Program-made: the position numbers and the translations under genes
DNA from: Eledone cirrhosa
Taxonomy: Eukaryota
Assembly: GCA_964016885.1 (NCBI GenBank)
Contig: OZ024740.1
Coordinates: forward strand, 11,098,001-11,162,000
Direction: 5' to 3'
Length of the DNA: 64,000 nucleotides
Part shown: one piece after another, positions 1-15,000 of the stretch
Layout of the letters: each line of letters begins with the position of its first letter
Position numbering within the stretch: the stretch's first letter is position 1
The notes under the pieces: generated by a model
The model's database searches: none
What the model saw: the letters and a program-made list of their open reading frames with translations, nothing else
What the model was told of the DNA's origin: nothing

Positions 1-3000
1 GATTATATGATGCTTACTTGAGAGGTACAATGTTGCATGGCTGTGAGACATGGGTGGTAAATGGTAGATTACATGATGCTTACTTGAGAGGTGTAATGTT
101 GCATGAATGTGAGACATGGCTGGTAAATGGTAGATTATATGATGCTTACTTGAGAGGTGCAATGTTGCATGGCTGTGAGACATGGGTGGTAAATGGTAGA
201 TTATATGATGCTTACTTGAGAGGTGCAATGTTGCATGGCTGTGAGACATGGGTGGTAAATGGTAGATTATATAATGCTTACTTGAGAGGTGCAATGTTGC
301 ATTGTTGTGAGACATGGGTGGTAAATGGTAGATTATATGATGCTTACTTGAGAGGTGCAATGTTGCATGGCTGTGAAACATAGGTGGTAAATGGTAGATT
401 ATATGATGCTTACTTGAGAGGTGCAATGTTGCATTGCTGTGAGACATAGGTGGTAAATGGTAGGTTATATGATGCTTACTTGAGAGGCGCAATGTTGCAT
501 GGCTGTGAGACATAGGTGGTAAATGGTAGATTATATGATGCTTACTTGAGAGGTACAATGTTGCATGGCTGTGACACATTGGTGGTAAATGGTAGATTAT
601 ATAATGCTTACTTGAGAGGTGCAATGTGCATGGCTGTGAGACATGGGTGGTAAATGGTAGATTATATGATGCTTACTTGAGAGGTGCAATGTTGCATGGC
701 TGTGAGACATGGGTGGTAAATGGTAGATTATATGATGCTTACTTGAGAGGTGCAATGTTGCATGGCTGTGAGACATGGGTGGTAAATGGTAGATTATATG
801 ATGCTTACTTGAGAGGTGCAATGTTGCATGGCTGTGAGACATGGGTGGTAAATGGTAGATTATATGATGCTTACCTGAGAGGGGCAATGTTGCATGGCTG
901 TGAGACATGGGTGGTAAATGGTAGATTATATGATGCTTACTTGAGAGGTGCAATGTTGCATGGCTGTGAGACATGGGTGGTAAATGGTAGATTATATAAT
1001 GCTTACTTGAGAGGTGCAATGTTCCATGGCTGTGAGACATGGGTGGTAAATGGTAGATTATATGATGCTTACTTGAGAGGTGCAATGTTGCATGGCTGTG
1101 AGACATGGGTGGTAAATGGTAGATTATATAATGCTTACTTGAGAGGTGCAATGTTGCATTGCTGTGAGACATGGGTGGTAAATGGTAGATTATATGATGC
1201 TTACTTGAGAGGTGCAATGGTGCATGGCTGTGAGACATAGGTGGTAAATGGTAGATTATATGATGCTTACTTGAGAGGTGCAATGTTGCATTGCTGTGAG
1301 ACATAGGTTGTAAATGGTAGGTTATATGATGCTTACTTGAGAGGCGCAATGTTGCATGGCTGTGAGACATAGGTGGTAAATGGTAGATTATATGATGCTT
1401 ACTTGAGAGGTACAATGTTGCATGGCTGTGACACATTGGTGGTAAATGGTAGATTATATAATGCTTACTTGAGAGGTGCAATGTTGCATGGCTGTGTGAC
1501 ATGGGTGGTAAATGGTAGATTATATGATGCTTACTTGAGAGGTGCAATGTTGCATGGCTGTGAGACATAGGTGGTAAATGGTAGATTATATGATGCTTAC
1601 TTGAGAGGTACAATGTTGCATGGCTGTGAGACATGGGTGGTAAATGGTAGATTATATGATGCTTACTTGAGAGGTGCAATGTGCATGGCTGTGAGACATG
1701 GGTGGTAAATGGTAGATTATATGATGCTTACTTGAGAGGTGCAATGTTGCATGGCTGTGAGACGTAGGTGGTAAATGGTAGATTATATGATGCTTACTTG
1801 AGAGGTGCAATGTTGCATGGCTGTGAGACATGGGTGGTAAATGGTCGATTATATGATGCTTACTTGAGAGGTGCAATGTTGCATGGCTGTGAGACAGGTG
1901 GTAAATGGTAGATTATATGATGCTTACTTGAGAGGTGCAATGTTGCATGGCTATGAGACATGGGTGGTAAATGGTAGATTATATGATGCTTACTTGAGAG
2001 GTGCAATGTTGCATGGCTGTGAGACATGGGTGGTAAATGGTAGATTATATGATGCTTACTTGAGATGTGCAATGTTGCATGGCTGTGAGACATGGGTTGT
2101 AAATGGTAGATTATATGCTGCTTACTTGAGAGGTACAATGTTGCATGGCTGTGAGACATGGGTGGTAAATGGTAGATTATATGATGCTTACTTGAGAGGT
2201 GCAATGTTGTATGGCTGTGAGACATGGGTGGTAAATGGTAGATTATATGATGCTTACTTGAGAGGTGCAATGTTGCATGGCTGTGAGACATGGGTGGTAA
2301 ATGGTAGATTATAAAATGCTTACTTGAGAGGTGCAATGTTGCATGGCTGTGAGACATGTGTGGTAAATGGTAGATTTTATGATGCTTACTTGAGAGGTGC
2401 AATGTTGCATGGCTGTGAGACATAGGTGGTAAATGGTAGATTATAAAATGCTTACTTGAGAGGTGCAATGTTGCATGGCTGTGAGACATGGGTGGTAAAT
2501 GGTAGATTATATGATGCTTACTTGAGAGGTGCAATGTTGCATGGCTGTGAGACATGGGTGGTAAATGGTAGATTATATGATGCTTACTTGAGAGGTGCAA
2601 TGTTGCATGGCTGTGAGACATGGGTGGTAAATGGTAGATTATATGATGCTTACTTGAGAGGTGCAATGTTGCATGGCTGTGAGACATGGGTGGTAAATGG
2701 TAGATTATATGATGCTTACTTGAGAGGTACAATGTTGCATGGCTGTGAGACATGGGTGGTAAATGGTAGATTACATGATGCTTACTTGAGAGGTGTAATG
2801 TTGCATGAATGTGAGACATGGCTGGTAAATGGTAGATTATATGATGCTTACTTGAGAGGTGCAATGTTGCATGGCTGTGAGACATGGATGGTAAATGGTA
2901 GATTATATGATGCTTACTTGAGAGGTGCAATGTTGCATGGCTGTGAGACATGGGTGGTAAATGGTAGATTATATAATGCTTACTTGAGAGGTGCAATGTT

Positions 3001-6000
3001 GCATTGTTGTGAGACATGGGTGGTAAATGGTAGATTATATGATGCTTACTTGAGAGGTGCAATGTTGCATGGCTGTGAAACATAGGTGGTAAATGGTAGA
3101 TTATATGATGCTTACTTGAGAGGTGCAATGTTGCATTGCTGTGAGACATAGGTGGTAAATGGTAGGTTATATGATGCTTACTTGAGAGGCGCAATGTTGC
3201 ATGGCTGTGAGACATAGGTGGTAAATGGTAGATTATATGATGCTTACTTGAGAGGTACAATGTTGCATGGCTGTGACACATTGGTGGTAAATGGTAGATT
3301 ATATAATGCTTACTTGAGAGGTGCAATGTGCATGGCTGTGAGACATGGGTGGTAAATGGTAGATTATATGATGCTTACTTGAGAGGTGCAATGTTGCATG
3401 GCTGTGAGACATGGGTGGTAAATGGTAGATTATATGATGCTTACTTGAGAGGTGCAATGTTGCATGGCTGTGAGACATGGGTGGTAAATGGTAGATTATA
3501 TGATGCTTACTTGAGAGGTGCAATGTTGCATGGCTGTGAGACATGGGTGGTAAATGGTAGATTATATGATGCTTACCTGAGAGGGGCAATGTTGCATGGC
3601 TGTGAGACATGGGTGGTAAATGGTAGATTATATGATGCTTACTTGAGAGGTGCAATGTTGCATGGCTGTGAGACATGGGTGGTAAATGGTAGATTATATA
3701 ATGCTTACTTGAGAGGTGCAATGTTCCATGGCTGTGAGACATGGGTGGTAAATGGTAGATTATATGATGCTTACTTGAGAGGTGCAATGTTGCATGGCTG
3801 TGAGACATGGGTGGTAAATGGTAGATTATATAATGCTTACTTGAGAGGTGCAATGTTGCATTGCTGTGAGACATGGGTGGTAAATGGTAGATTATATGAT
3901 GCTTACTTGAGAGGTGCAATGGTGCATGGCTGTGAGACATAGGTGGTAAATGGTAGATTATATGATGCTTACTTGAGAGGTGCAATGTTGCATTGCTGTG
4001 AGACATAGGTTGTAAATGGTAGGTTATATGATGCTTACTTGAGAGGCGCAATGTTGCATGGCTGTGAGACATAGGTGGTAAATGGTAGATTATATGATGC
4101 TTACTTGAGAGGTACAATGTTGCATGGCTGTGACACATTGGTGGTAAATGGTAGATTATATAATGCTTACTTGAGAGGTGCAATGTTGCATGGCTGTGTG
4201 ACATGGGTGGTAAATGGTAGATTATATGATGCTTACTTGAGAGGTGCAATGTTGCATGGCTGTGAGACATAGGTGGTAAATGGTAGATTATATGATGCTT
4301 ACTTGAGAGGTACAATGTTGCATGGCTGTGAGACATGGGTGGTAAATGGTAGATTATATGATGCTTACTTGAGAGGTGCAATGTTGCATGGCTGTGTGAC
4401 ATGGGTGGTAAATGGTAGATTATATGATGCTTACTTGAGAGGTGCAATGTTGCATGGCTGTGAGACATAGGTGGTAAATGGTAGATTATATGATGCTTAC
4501 TTGAGAGGTACAATGTTGCATGGCTGTGAGACATGGGTGGTAAATGGTAGATTATATGATGCTTACTTGAGAGGTGCAATGTTGCATGGCTGTGAGACAT
4601 AGGTGGTAAATGGTAGATTATATGATGCTTACTTGAGAGGTACAATGTTGCATGGCTGTGAGACATGGGTGGTAAATGGTAGATTATATGATGCTTACTT
4701 GAGAGGTGCAATGTGCATGGCTGTGAGACATGGGTGGTAAATGGTCGATTATATGATGCTTACTTGAGAGGTGCAATGTTGCATGGCTGTGAGACAGGTG
4801 GTAAATGGTAGATTATATGATGCTTACTTGAGAGGTGCAATGTTGCATGGCTATGAGACATGGGTGGTAAATGGTAGATTATATGATGCTTACTTGAGAG
4901 GTGCAATGTTGCATGGCTGTGAGACATGGGTGGTAAATGGTAGATTATATGATGCTTACTTGAGAGGTGCAATGTTGCATGGCTGTGAGACATGGGTGGT
5001 AAATGGTAGATTATATGCTGCTTACTTGAGAGGTACAATGTTGCATGGCTGTGAGACATGGGTGGTAAATGGTAGATTATATGATGCTTACTTGAGAGGT
5101 GCAATGTTGTATGGCTGTGAGACATGGGTGGTAAATGGTAGATTATATGATGCTTACTTGAGAGGTGCAATGTTGCATGGCTGTGAGACATGGGTGGTAA
5201 ATGGTAGATTATAAAATGCTTACATGAGAGGTGCAATGTTGCATGGCTGTGAGACATGTGTGGTAAATGGTAGATTTTATGATGCTTACTTGAGAGGTGC
5301 AATGTTGCATGGCTGTGAGACATAGGTGGTAAATGGTAGATTATAAAATGCTTACTTGAGAGGTGCAATGTTGCATGGCTGTGAGACATGGGTGGTAAAT
5401 GGTAGATTATATGATGCTTACTTGAGAGGTGCAATGTTGCATGGCTGTGAGACATGGGTGGTAAATGGTAGATTATATGATGCTTACTTGAGAGGTGCAA
5501 TGTTGCATGGCTGTGAGACATGGGTGGTAAATGGTAGATTATATGATGCTTACTTGAGAGGTGCAATGTTGCATGGCTGTGAGACATGGGTGGTAAATGG
5601 TAGATTATATGATGCTTACTTGAGAGGTACAATGTTGCATGGCTGTGAGACATGGGTGGTAAATGGTAGATTACATGATGCTTACTTGAGAGGTGTAATG
5701 TTGCATGGCTGTGAGACATGGCTGGTAAATGGTAGATTATATGATGCTTACTTGAGAGGTGCAATGTTGCATGGCTGTGAGACATGGGTGGTAAATGGTA
5801 GATTATATGATGCTTACTTGAGAGGTGCAATGTTGCATGGCTGTGAGACATGGGTGGTAAATGGTAGATTATATAATGCTTACTTGAGAGGTGCAATGTT
5901 GCATTGTTGTGAGACATGGGTGGTAAATGGTAGATTATATGATGCTTACTTGAGAGGTGCAATGTTGCATGGCTGTGAAACATTGGTGGTAAATGGTAGA

Positions 6001-9000
6001 TTATATAATGCTTACTTGAGAGGTGCAATGTGCATGGCTGTGAGACATAGGTGGTAAATTGTAGATTATATGATGCTTACTTGAGAGGTGCAATGTTGCA
6101 TGGCTGTGAGACGTAGGTGGTAAATGGTAGATTATATGATGCTTACTTGAGAGGTGCAATGTTGCATGGCTGTGAGACATGGGTGGTAAATGGTAGATTA
6201 TATGATGCTTACTTGAGAGGTGCAATGTTGCATGGCTGTGAGACATGGGTGGTAAATGGTAGATTATATGATGCTTACTTGAGAGGTGCAATGTTGCATG
6301 GCTGTGAGACATGGGTGGTAAATGGTAGATTATATAATGCTTACTTGAGAGGTGCAATGTTGCATGGCTGTGAGACATGGGTGGTAAATGGTAGATTATA
6401 TGCTGCTTACTTGAGAGGTACAATGTTGCATGGCTGTGAGACATGGGTGGTAAATGGTAGATTATATGATGCTTACTTGAGAGGTGCAATGTTGTATGGC
6501 TGTGAGACATGGGTGGTAAATGGTAGATTATATGATGCTTACTTGAGAGGTGCAATGTTGCATGGCTGTGAGACATGGTGGGTAAATGGTAGATTATAAA
6601 ATGCTTACTTGAGAGGTGCAATGTTGCATGGCTGTGAGACATGTGTGGTAAATGGTAGATTTTATGATGCTTACTTGAGAGGTGCAATGTTGCATGGCTG
6701 TGAGACATGGGTGGTAAATGGTATATTATAAAATGCTTACTTGAGAGGTGCAATGTTGCATGGCTGTGAGACATGTGTGGTAAATGGTAGATTATATGAT
6801 GCTTACTTGAGAGGTGCAATGTTGCATGGCTGTGAGACATGGGTGGTAAATGGTAGATTATATGATGCTTACTTGAGAGGTGCAATGTTGCATGGCTGTG
6901 AGACATGGGTGGTAAATGGTAGATTATATGATGCTTACTTGAGAGGTGCAATGTTGCATGGCTGTGAGACATGGGTGGTAAATGGTAGATTATATGATGC
7001 TTACTTGAGAGGTGCAATGTTGCATGGCTGTGAGACATGGGTGGTAAATGGTAGATTATATGATGCTTACCTGAGAGGGGCAATGTTGCATGGCTGTGAG
7101 ACATGGGTGGTAAATGGTAGATTATAAGATGCTTACTTGAGAGGTGCAATGTTGCATGGCTGTGAGACATGGGTGGTAAATGGTAGATTATATAATGCTT
7201 ACTTGAGAGGTGCAATGTTCCATGGCTGTGAGACATGGGTGGTAAATGGTAGATTATATGATGCTTACTTGAGAGGTGCAATGTTGCATGGCTGTGAGAC
7301 ATGGGTGGTAAATGGTAGATTATATAATGCTTACTTGAGAGGTGCAATGTTGCATTGCTGTGAGACATGGGTGGTAAATGGTAGATTATATGATGCTTAC
7401 TTGAGAGGTGCAATGGTGCATGGCTGTGAGACATAGGTGGTAAATGGTAGATTATATGATGCTTACTTGAGAGGTGCAATGTTGCATTGCTGTGAGACAT
7501 AGGTTGTAAATGGTAGGTTATATGATGCTTACTTGAGAGGCGCAATGTTGCATGGCTGTGAGACATAGGTGGTAAATGGTAGATTATATGATGCTTACTT
7601 GAGAGGTACAATGTTGCATGGCTGTGACACATTGGTGGTAAATGGTAGATTATATAATGCTTACTTGAGAGGTGCAATGTTGCATGGCTGTGTGACATGG
7701 GTGGTAAATGGTAGATTATATGATGCTTACTTGAGAGGTGCAATGTTGCATGGCTGTGAGACATAGGTGGTAAATGGTAGATTATATGATGCTTACTTGA
7801 GAGGTACAATGTTGCATGGCTGTGAGACATGGGTGGTAAATGGTAGATTATATGATGCTTACTTGAGAGGTGCAATGTTGCATGGCTGTGAGACATAGGT
7901 GGTAAATGGTAGATTATATGATGCTTACTTGAGAGGTACAATGTTGCATGGCTGTGAGACATGGGTGGTAAATGGTAGATTATATGATGCTTACTTGAGA
8001 GGTGCAATGTGCATGGCTGTGAGACATAGGTGGTAAATGGTAGATTATATGATGCTTACTTGAGAGGTACAATGTTGCATGGCTGTGAGACATGGGTGGT
8101 AAATGGTAGATTATATGATGCTTACTTGAGAGGTGCAATGTGCATGGCTGTGAGACATGGGTGGTAAATGGTCGATTATATGATGCTTACTTGAGAGGTG
8201 CAATGTTGCATGGCTGTGAGACAGGTGGTAAATGGTAGATTATATGATGCTTACTTGAGAGGTGCAATGTTGCATGGCTATGAGACATGGGTGGTAAATG
8301 GTAGATTATATGATGCTTACTTGAGAGGTGCAATGTTGCATGGCTGTGAGACATGGGTGGTAAATGGTAGATTATATGATGCTTACTTGAGAGGTGCAAT
8401 GTTGCATGGCTGTGAGACATGGGTGGTAAATGGTAGATTATATGCTGCTTACTTGAGAGGTACAATGTTGCATGGCTGTGAGACATGGGTGGTAAATGGT
8501 AGATTATATGATGCTTACTTGAGAGGTGCAATGTTGTATGGCTGTGAGACATGGGTGGTAAATGGTAGATTATATGATGCTTACTTGAGAGGTGCAATGT
8601 TGCATGGCTGTGAGACATGGGTGGTAAATGGTAGATTATAAAATGCTTACTTGAGAGGTGCAATGTTGCATGGCTGTGAGACATGTGTGGTAAATGGTAG
8701 ATTTTATGATGCTTACTTGAGAGGTGCAATGTTGCATGGCTGTGAGACATAGGTGGTAAATGGTAGATTATAAAATGCTTACTTGAGAGGTGCAATGTTG
8801 CATGGCTGTGAGACATGGGTGGTAAATGGTAGATTATATGATGCTTACTTGAGAGGTGCAATGTTGCATGGCTGTGAGACATGGGTGGTAAATGGTAGAT
8901 TATATGATGCTTACTTGAGAGGTGCAATGTTGCATGGCTGTGAGACATGGGTGGTAAATGGTAGATTATATGATGCTTACTTGAGAGGTGCAATGTTGCA

Positions 9001-12000
9001 TGGCTGTGAGACATGGGTGGTAAATGGTAGATTATATGATGCTTACTTGAGAGGTACAATGTTGCATGGCTGTGAGACATGGGTGGTAAATGGTAGATTA
9101 CATGATGCTTACTTGAGAGGTGTAATGTTGCATGGCTGTGAGACATGGCTGGTAAATGGTAGATTATATGATGCTTACTTGAGAGGTGCAATGTTGCATG
9201 GCTGTGAGACATGGGTGGTAAATGGTAGATTATATGATGCTTACTTGAGAGGTGCAATGTTGCATGGCTGTGAGACATGGGTGGTAAATGGTAGATTATA
9301 TAATGCTTACTTGAGAGGTGCAATGTTGCATTGTTGTGAGACATGGGTGGTAAATGGTAGATTATATGATGCTTACTTGAGAGGTGCAATGTTGCATGGC
9401 TGTGAAACATTGGTGGTAAATGGTAGATTATATAATGCTTACTTGAGAGGTGCAATGTGCATGGCTGTGAGACATAGGTGGTAAATTGTAGATTATATGA
9501 TGCTTACTTGAGAGGTGCAATGTTGCATGGCTGTGAGACGTAGGTGGTAAATGGTAGATTATATGATGCTTACTTGAGAGGTGCAATGTTGCATGGCTGT
9601 GAGACATGGGTGGTAAATGGTAGATTATATGATGCTTACTTGAGAGGTGCAATGTTGCATGGCTGTGAGACATGGGTGGTAAATGGTAGATTATATGATG
9701 CTTACTTGAGAGGTGCAATGTTGCATGGCTGTGAGACATGGGTGGTAAATGGTAGATTATATAATGCTTACTTGAGAGGTGCAATGTTGCATGGCTGTGA
9801 GACATGGGTGGTAAATGGTAGATTATATGCTGCTTACTTGAGAGGTACAATGTTGCATGGCTGTGAGACATGGGTGGTAAATGGTAGATTATATGATGCT
9901 TACTTGAGAGGTGCAATGTTGTATGGCTGTGAGACATGGGTGGTAAATGGTAGATTATATGATGCTTACTTGAGAGGTGCAATGTTGCATGGCTGTGAGA
10001 CATGGTGGGTAAATGGTAGATTATAAAATGCTTACTTGAGAGGTGCAATGTTGCATGGCTGTGAGACATGTGTGGTAAATGGTAGATTTTATGATGCTTA
10101 CTTGAGAGGTGCAATGTTGCATGGCTGTGAGACATGGGTGGTAAATGGTATATTATAAAATGCTTACTTGAGAGGTGCAATGTTGCATGGCTGTGAGACA
10201 TGTGTGGTAAATGGTAGATTATATGATGCTTACTTGAGAGGTGCAATGTTGCATGGCTGTGAGACATGGGTGGTAAATGGTAGATTATATGATGCTTACT
10301 TGAGAGGTGCAATGTTGCATGGCTGTGAGACATGGGTGGTAAATGGTAGATTATATGATGCTTACTTGAGAGGTGCAATGTTGCATGGCTGTGAGACATG
10401 GGTGGTAAATGGTAGATTATATGATGCTTACTTGAGAGGTGCAATGTTGCATGGCTGTGAGACATGGGTGGTAAATGGTAGATTATATGATGCTTACCTG
10501 AGAGGGGCAATGTTGCATGGCTGTGAGACATGGGTGGTAAATGGTAGATTATATGATGCTTACTTGAGAGGTGCAATGTTGCATGGCTGTGAGACATGGG
10601 TGGTAAATGGTAGATTATATAATGCTTACTTGAGAGGTGCAATGTTCCATGGCTGTGAGACATGGGTGGTAAATGGTAGATTATATGATGCTTACTTGAG
10701 AGGTGCAATGTTGCATGGCTGTGAGACATGGGTGGTAAATGGTAGATTATATAATGCTTACTTGAGAGGTGCAATGTTGCATTGCTGTGAGACATGGGTG
10801 GTAAATGGTAGATTATATGATGCTTACTTGAGAGGTGCAATGGTGCATGGCTGTGAGACATAGGTGGTAAATGGTAGATTATATGATGCTTACTTGAGAG
10901 GTGCAATGTTGCATTGCTGTGAGACATAGGTTGTAAATGGTAGGTTATATGATGCTTACTTGAGAGGCGCAATGTTGCATGGCTGTGAGACATAGGTGGT
11001 AAATGGTAGATTATATGATGCTTACTTGAGAGGTACAATGTTGCATGGCTGTGACACATTGGTGGTAAATGGTAGATTATATAATGCTTACTTGAGAGGT
11101 GCAATGTTGCATGGCTGTGTGACATGGGTGGTAAATGGTAGATTATATGATGCTTACTTGAGAGGTGCAATGTTGCATGGCTGTGAGACATAGGTGGTAA
11201 ATGGTAGATTATATGATGCTTACTTGAGAGGTACAATGTTGCATGGCTGTGAGACATGGGTGGTAAATGGTAGATTATATGATGCTTACTTGAGAGGTGC
11301 AATGTGCATGGCTGTGAGACATGGGTGGTAAATGGTAGATTATATGATGCTTACTTGAGAGGTGCAATGTTGCATGGCTGTGAGACGTAGGTGGTAAATG
11401 GTAGATTATATGATGCTTACTTGAGAGGTGCAATGTTGCATGGCTGTGAGACATGGGTGGTAAATGGTCGATTATATGATGCTTACTTGAGAGGTGCAAT
11501 GTTGCATGGCTGTGAGACAGGTGGTAAATGGTAGATTATATGATGCTTACTTGAGAGGTGCAATGTTGCATGGCTATGAGACATGGGTGGTAAATGGTAG
11601 ATTATATGATGCTTACTTGAGAGGTGCAATGTTGCATGGCTGTGAGACATGGGTGGTAAATGGTAGATTATATGATGCTTACTTGAGATGTGCAATGTTG
11701 CATGGCTGTGAGACATGGGTTGTAAATGGTAGATTATATGCTGCTTACTTGAGAGGTACAATGTTGCATGGCTGTGAGACATGGGTGGTAAATGGTAGAT
11801 TATATGATGCTTACTTGAGAGGTGCAATGTTGTATGGCTGTGAGACATGGGTGGTAAATGGTAGATTATATGATGCTTACTTGAGAGGTGCAATGTTGCA
11901 TGGCTGTGAGACATGGGTGGTAAATGGTAGATTATAAAATGCTTACTTGAGAGGTGCAATGTTGCATGGCTGTGAGACATGTGTGGTAAATGGTAGATTT

Positions 12001-15000
12001 TATGATGCTTACTTGAGAGGTGCAATGTTGCATGGCTGTGAGACATAGGTGGTAAATGGTAGATTATAAAATGCTTACTTGAGAGGTGCAATGTTGCATG
12101 GCTGTGAGACATGGGTGGTAAATGGTAGATTATATGATGCTTACTTGAGAGGTGCAATGTTGCATGGCTGTGAGACATGGGTGGTAAATGGTAGATTATA
12201 TGATGCTTACTTGAGAGGTGCAATGTTGCATGGCTGTGAGACATGGGTGGTAAATGGTAGATTATATGATGCTTACTTGAGAGGTACAATGTTGCATGGC
12301 TGTGAGACATGGGTGGTAAATGGTAGATTACATGATGCTTACTTGAGAGGTGTAATGTTGCATGGCTGTGAGACATGGCTGGTAAATGGTAGATTATATG
12401 ATGCTTACTTGAGAGGTGCAATGTTGCATGGCTGTGAGACATGGGTGGTAAATGGTAGATTATATAATGCTTACTTGAGAGGTGCAATGTTGCATTGTTG
12501 TGAGACATGGGTGGTAAATGGTAGATTATATGATGCTTACTTGAGAGGTGCAATGTTGCATGGCTGTGAAACATAGGTGGTAAATGGTAGATTATATGAT
12601 GCTTACTTGAGAGGTGCAATGTTGCATTGCTGTGACACATTGGTGGTAAATGGTAGATTATATAATGCTTACTTGAGAGGTGCAATGTGCATGGCTGTGA
12701 GACATAGGTGGTAAATTGTAGATTATATGATGCTTACTTGAGAGGTGCAATGTTGCATGGCTGTGAGACGTAGGTGGTAAATGGTAGATTATATGATGCT
12801 TACTTGAGAGGTGCAATGTTGCATGGCTGTGAGACATGGGTGGTAAATGGTAGATTATATGATGCTTACTTGAGAGGTGCAATGTTGCATGGCTGTGAGA
12901 CATGGGTGGTAAATGGTAGATTATATGATGCTTACTTGAGAGGTGCAATGTTGCATGGCTGTGAGACATGGGTGGTAAATGGTAGATTATATAATGCTTA
13001 CTTGAGAGGTGCAATGTTGCATGGCTGTGAGACATGGGTGGTAAATGGTAGATTATATGCTGCTTACTTGAGAGGTACAATGTTGCATGGCTGTGAGACA
13101 TGGGTGGTAAATGGTAGATTATATGATGCTTACTTGAGAGGTGCAATGTTGTATGGCTGTGAGACATGGGTGGTAAATGGTAGATTATATGATGCTTACT
13201 TGAGAGGTGCAATGTTGCATGGCTGTGAGACATGGGTGGTAAATGGTAGATTATAAAATGCTTACTTGAGAGGTGCAATGTTGCATGGCTGTGAGACATA
13301 GGTGGTAAATGGTAGATTATATTATGCTTACTTGAGAGGTGCAATGTTGCATGGCTGTGAGACGTAGGTGGTAAATGGTAGATTATATGATGCTTACTTG
13401 AGAGGTGCAATGTTGCATGGCTGTGAGACATGGGTGGTAAATGGTCGATTATATGATGCTTACTTGAGAGGTGCAATGTTGCATGGCTGTGAGACGTAGG
13501 TGGTAAATGGTAGATTATATGATGGTTACTTGAGAGGTGCAATGTTGCATGGCTGTGAGACATGGGTGGTAAATGGTAGATTATATGATGCTTACTTGAG
13601 AGGTGCAATGTTGCATGGCTGTGAGACATGGGTGGTAAATGGTAGATTATATGATGCTTACTTGAGAGGTGCAATGTTGCATGGCTGTGAGACATGGGTG
13701 GTAAATGGTAGATTATATAATGCTTACTTGAGAGGTGCAATGTTGCATGGCTGTGAGACATGGGTGGTAAATGGTAGATTATATGCTGCTTACTTGAGAG
13801 GTACAATGTTGCATGGCTGTGAGACATGGGTGGTAAATGGTAGATTATATGATGCTTACTTGAGAGGTGCAATGTTGTATGGCTGTGAGACATGGGTGGT
13901 AAATGGTAGATTATATGATGCTTACTTGAGAGGTGCAATGTTGCATGGCTGTGAGACATGGGTGGTAAATGGTAGATTATAAAATGCTTACTTGAGAGGT
14001 GCAATGTTGCATGGCTGTGAGACATAGGTGGTAAATGGTAGATTATATTATGCTTACTTGAGAGGTGCAATGTTGCATGGCTGTGAGACGTAGGTGGTAA
14101 ATGGTAGATTATATGATGCTTACTTGAGAGGTGCAATGTTGCATGGCTGTGAGACATGGGTGGTAAATGGTCGATTATATGATGCTTACTTGAGAGGTGC
14201 AATGTTGCATGGCTGTGAGACAGGTGGTAAATGGTAGATTATATGATGCTTACTTGAGAGGTGCAATGTTGCATGGCTATGAGACATGGGTGGTAAATGG
14301 TAGATTATATGATGCTTACTTGAGAGGTGCAATGTTGCATGGCTGTGAGACATGGGTGGTAAATGGTAGATTATATGATGCTTACTTGAGAGGTGTAATG
14401 TTGTATGGCTGTGAGACATGGGTGGTAAATGGTACATTATAAAATGCTTACTTGAGATGTGCAATGTTGCATGGCTGTGAGACATGGGTGGTAAATCGTA
14501 GATTATATGATGCTTACTTGAGAGGTGCAATGTTGCATGGCTGTGAGACATAGGTGGTAAATGGTAGATTATATGATGCTTACTTGAGAGGTGCAATGTT
14601 GCATGGATGTGAGACATGGGTGGTAAATGGTAGATTATATGATGCTTACTTGAGAGATGCAATGTTGCATGGCTGTGAGACATGGGTGGTAAATGGTAGA
14701 TTACATAATGCTTACTTGAGAGGTGCAATGTTGCATGGCTGTGAGACATGGGTGGTAAATGGTAGATTATATGATGCTTACTTGAGAGGTGCAATGTTGC
14801 ATGGCTGTGAGACATGGGTGGTAAATGGTAGATTATATAATGCTTACTTGAGAGGTGCAATGTTGCATTGGTGTGAGACATGGGTGGTAAATGGTAGATT
14901 ATATGATGCTTACTTGAGAGGTACAATGTTGCATGGCTGTGAGACATGTGTGGTAAATGGTAGATTATATGATGCTTACTTGAGAGGTGCAATGTTGCAT

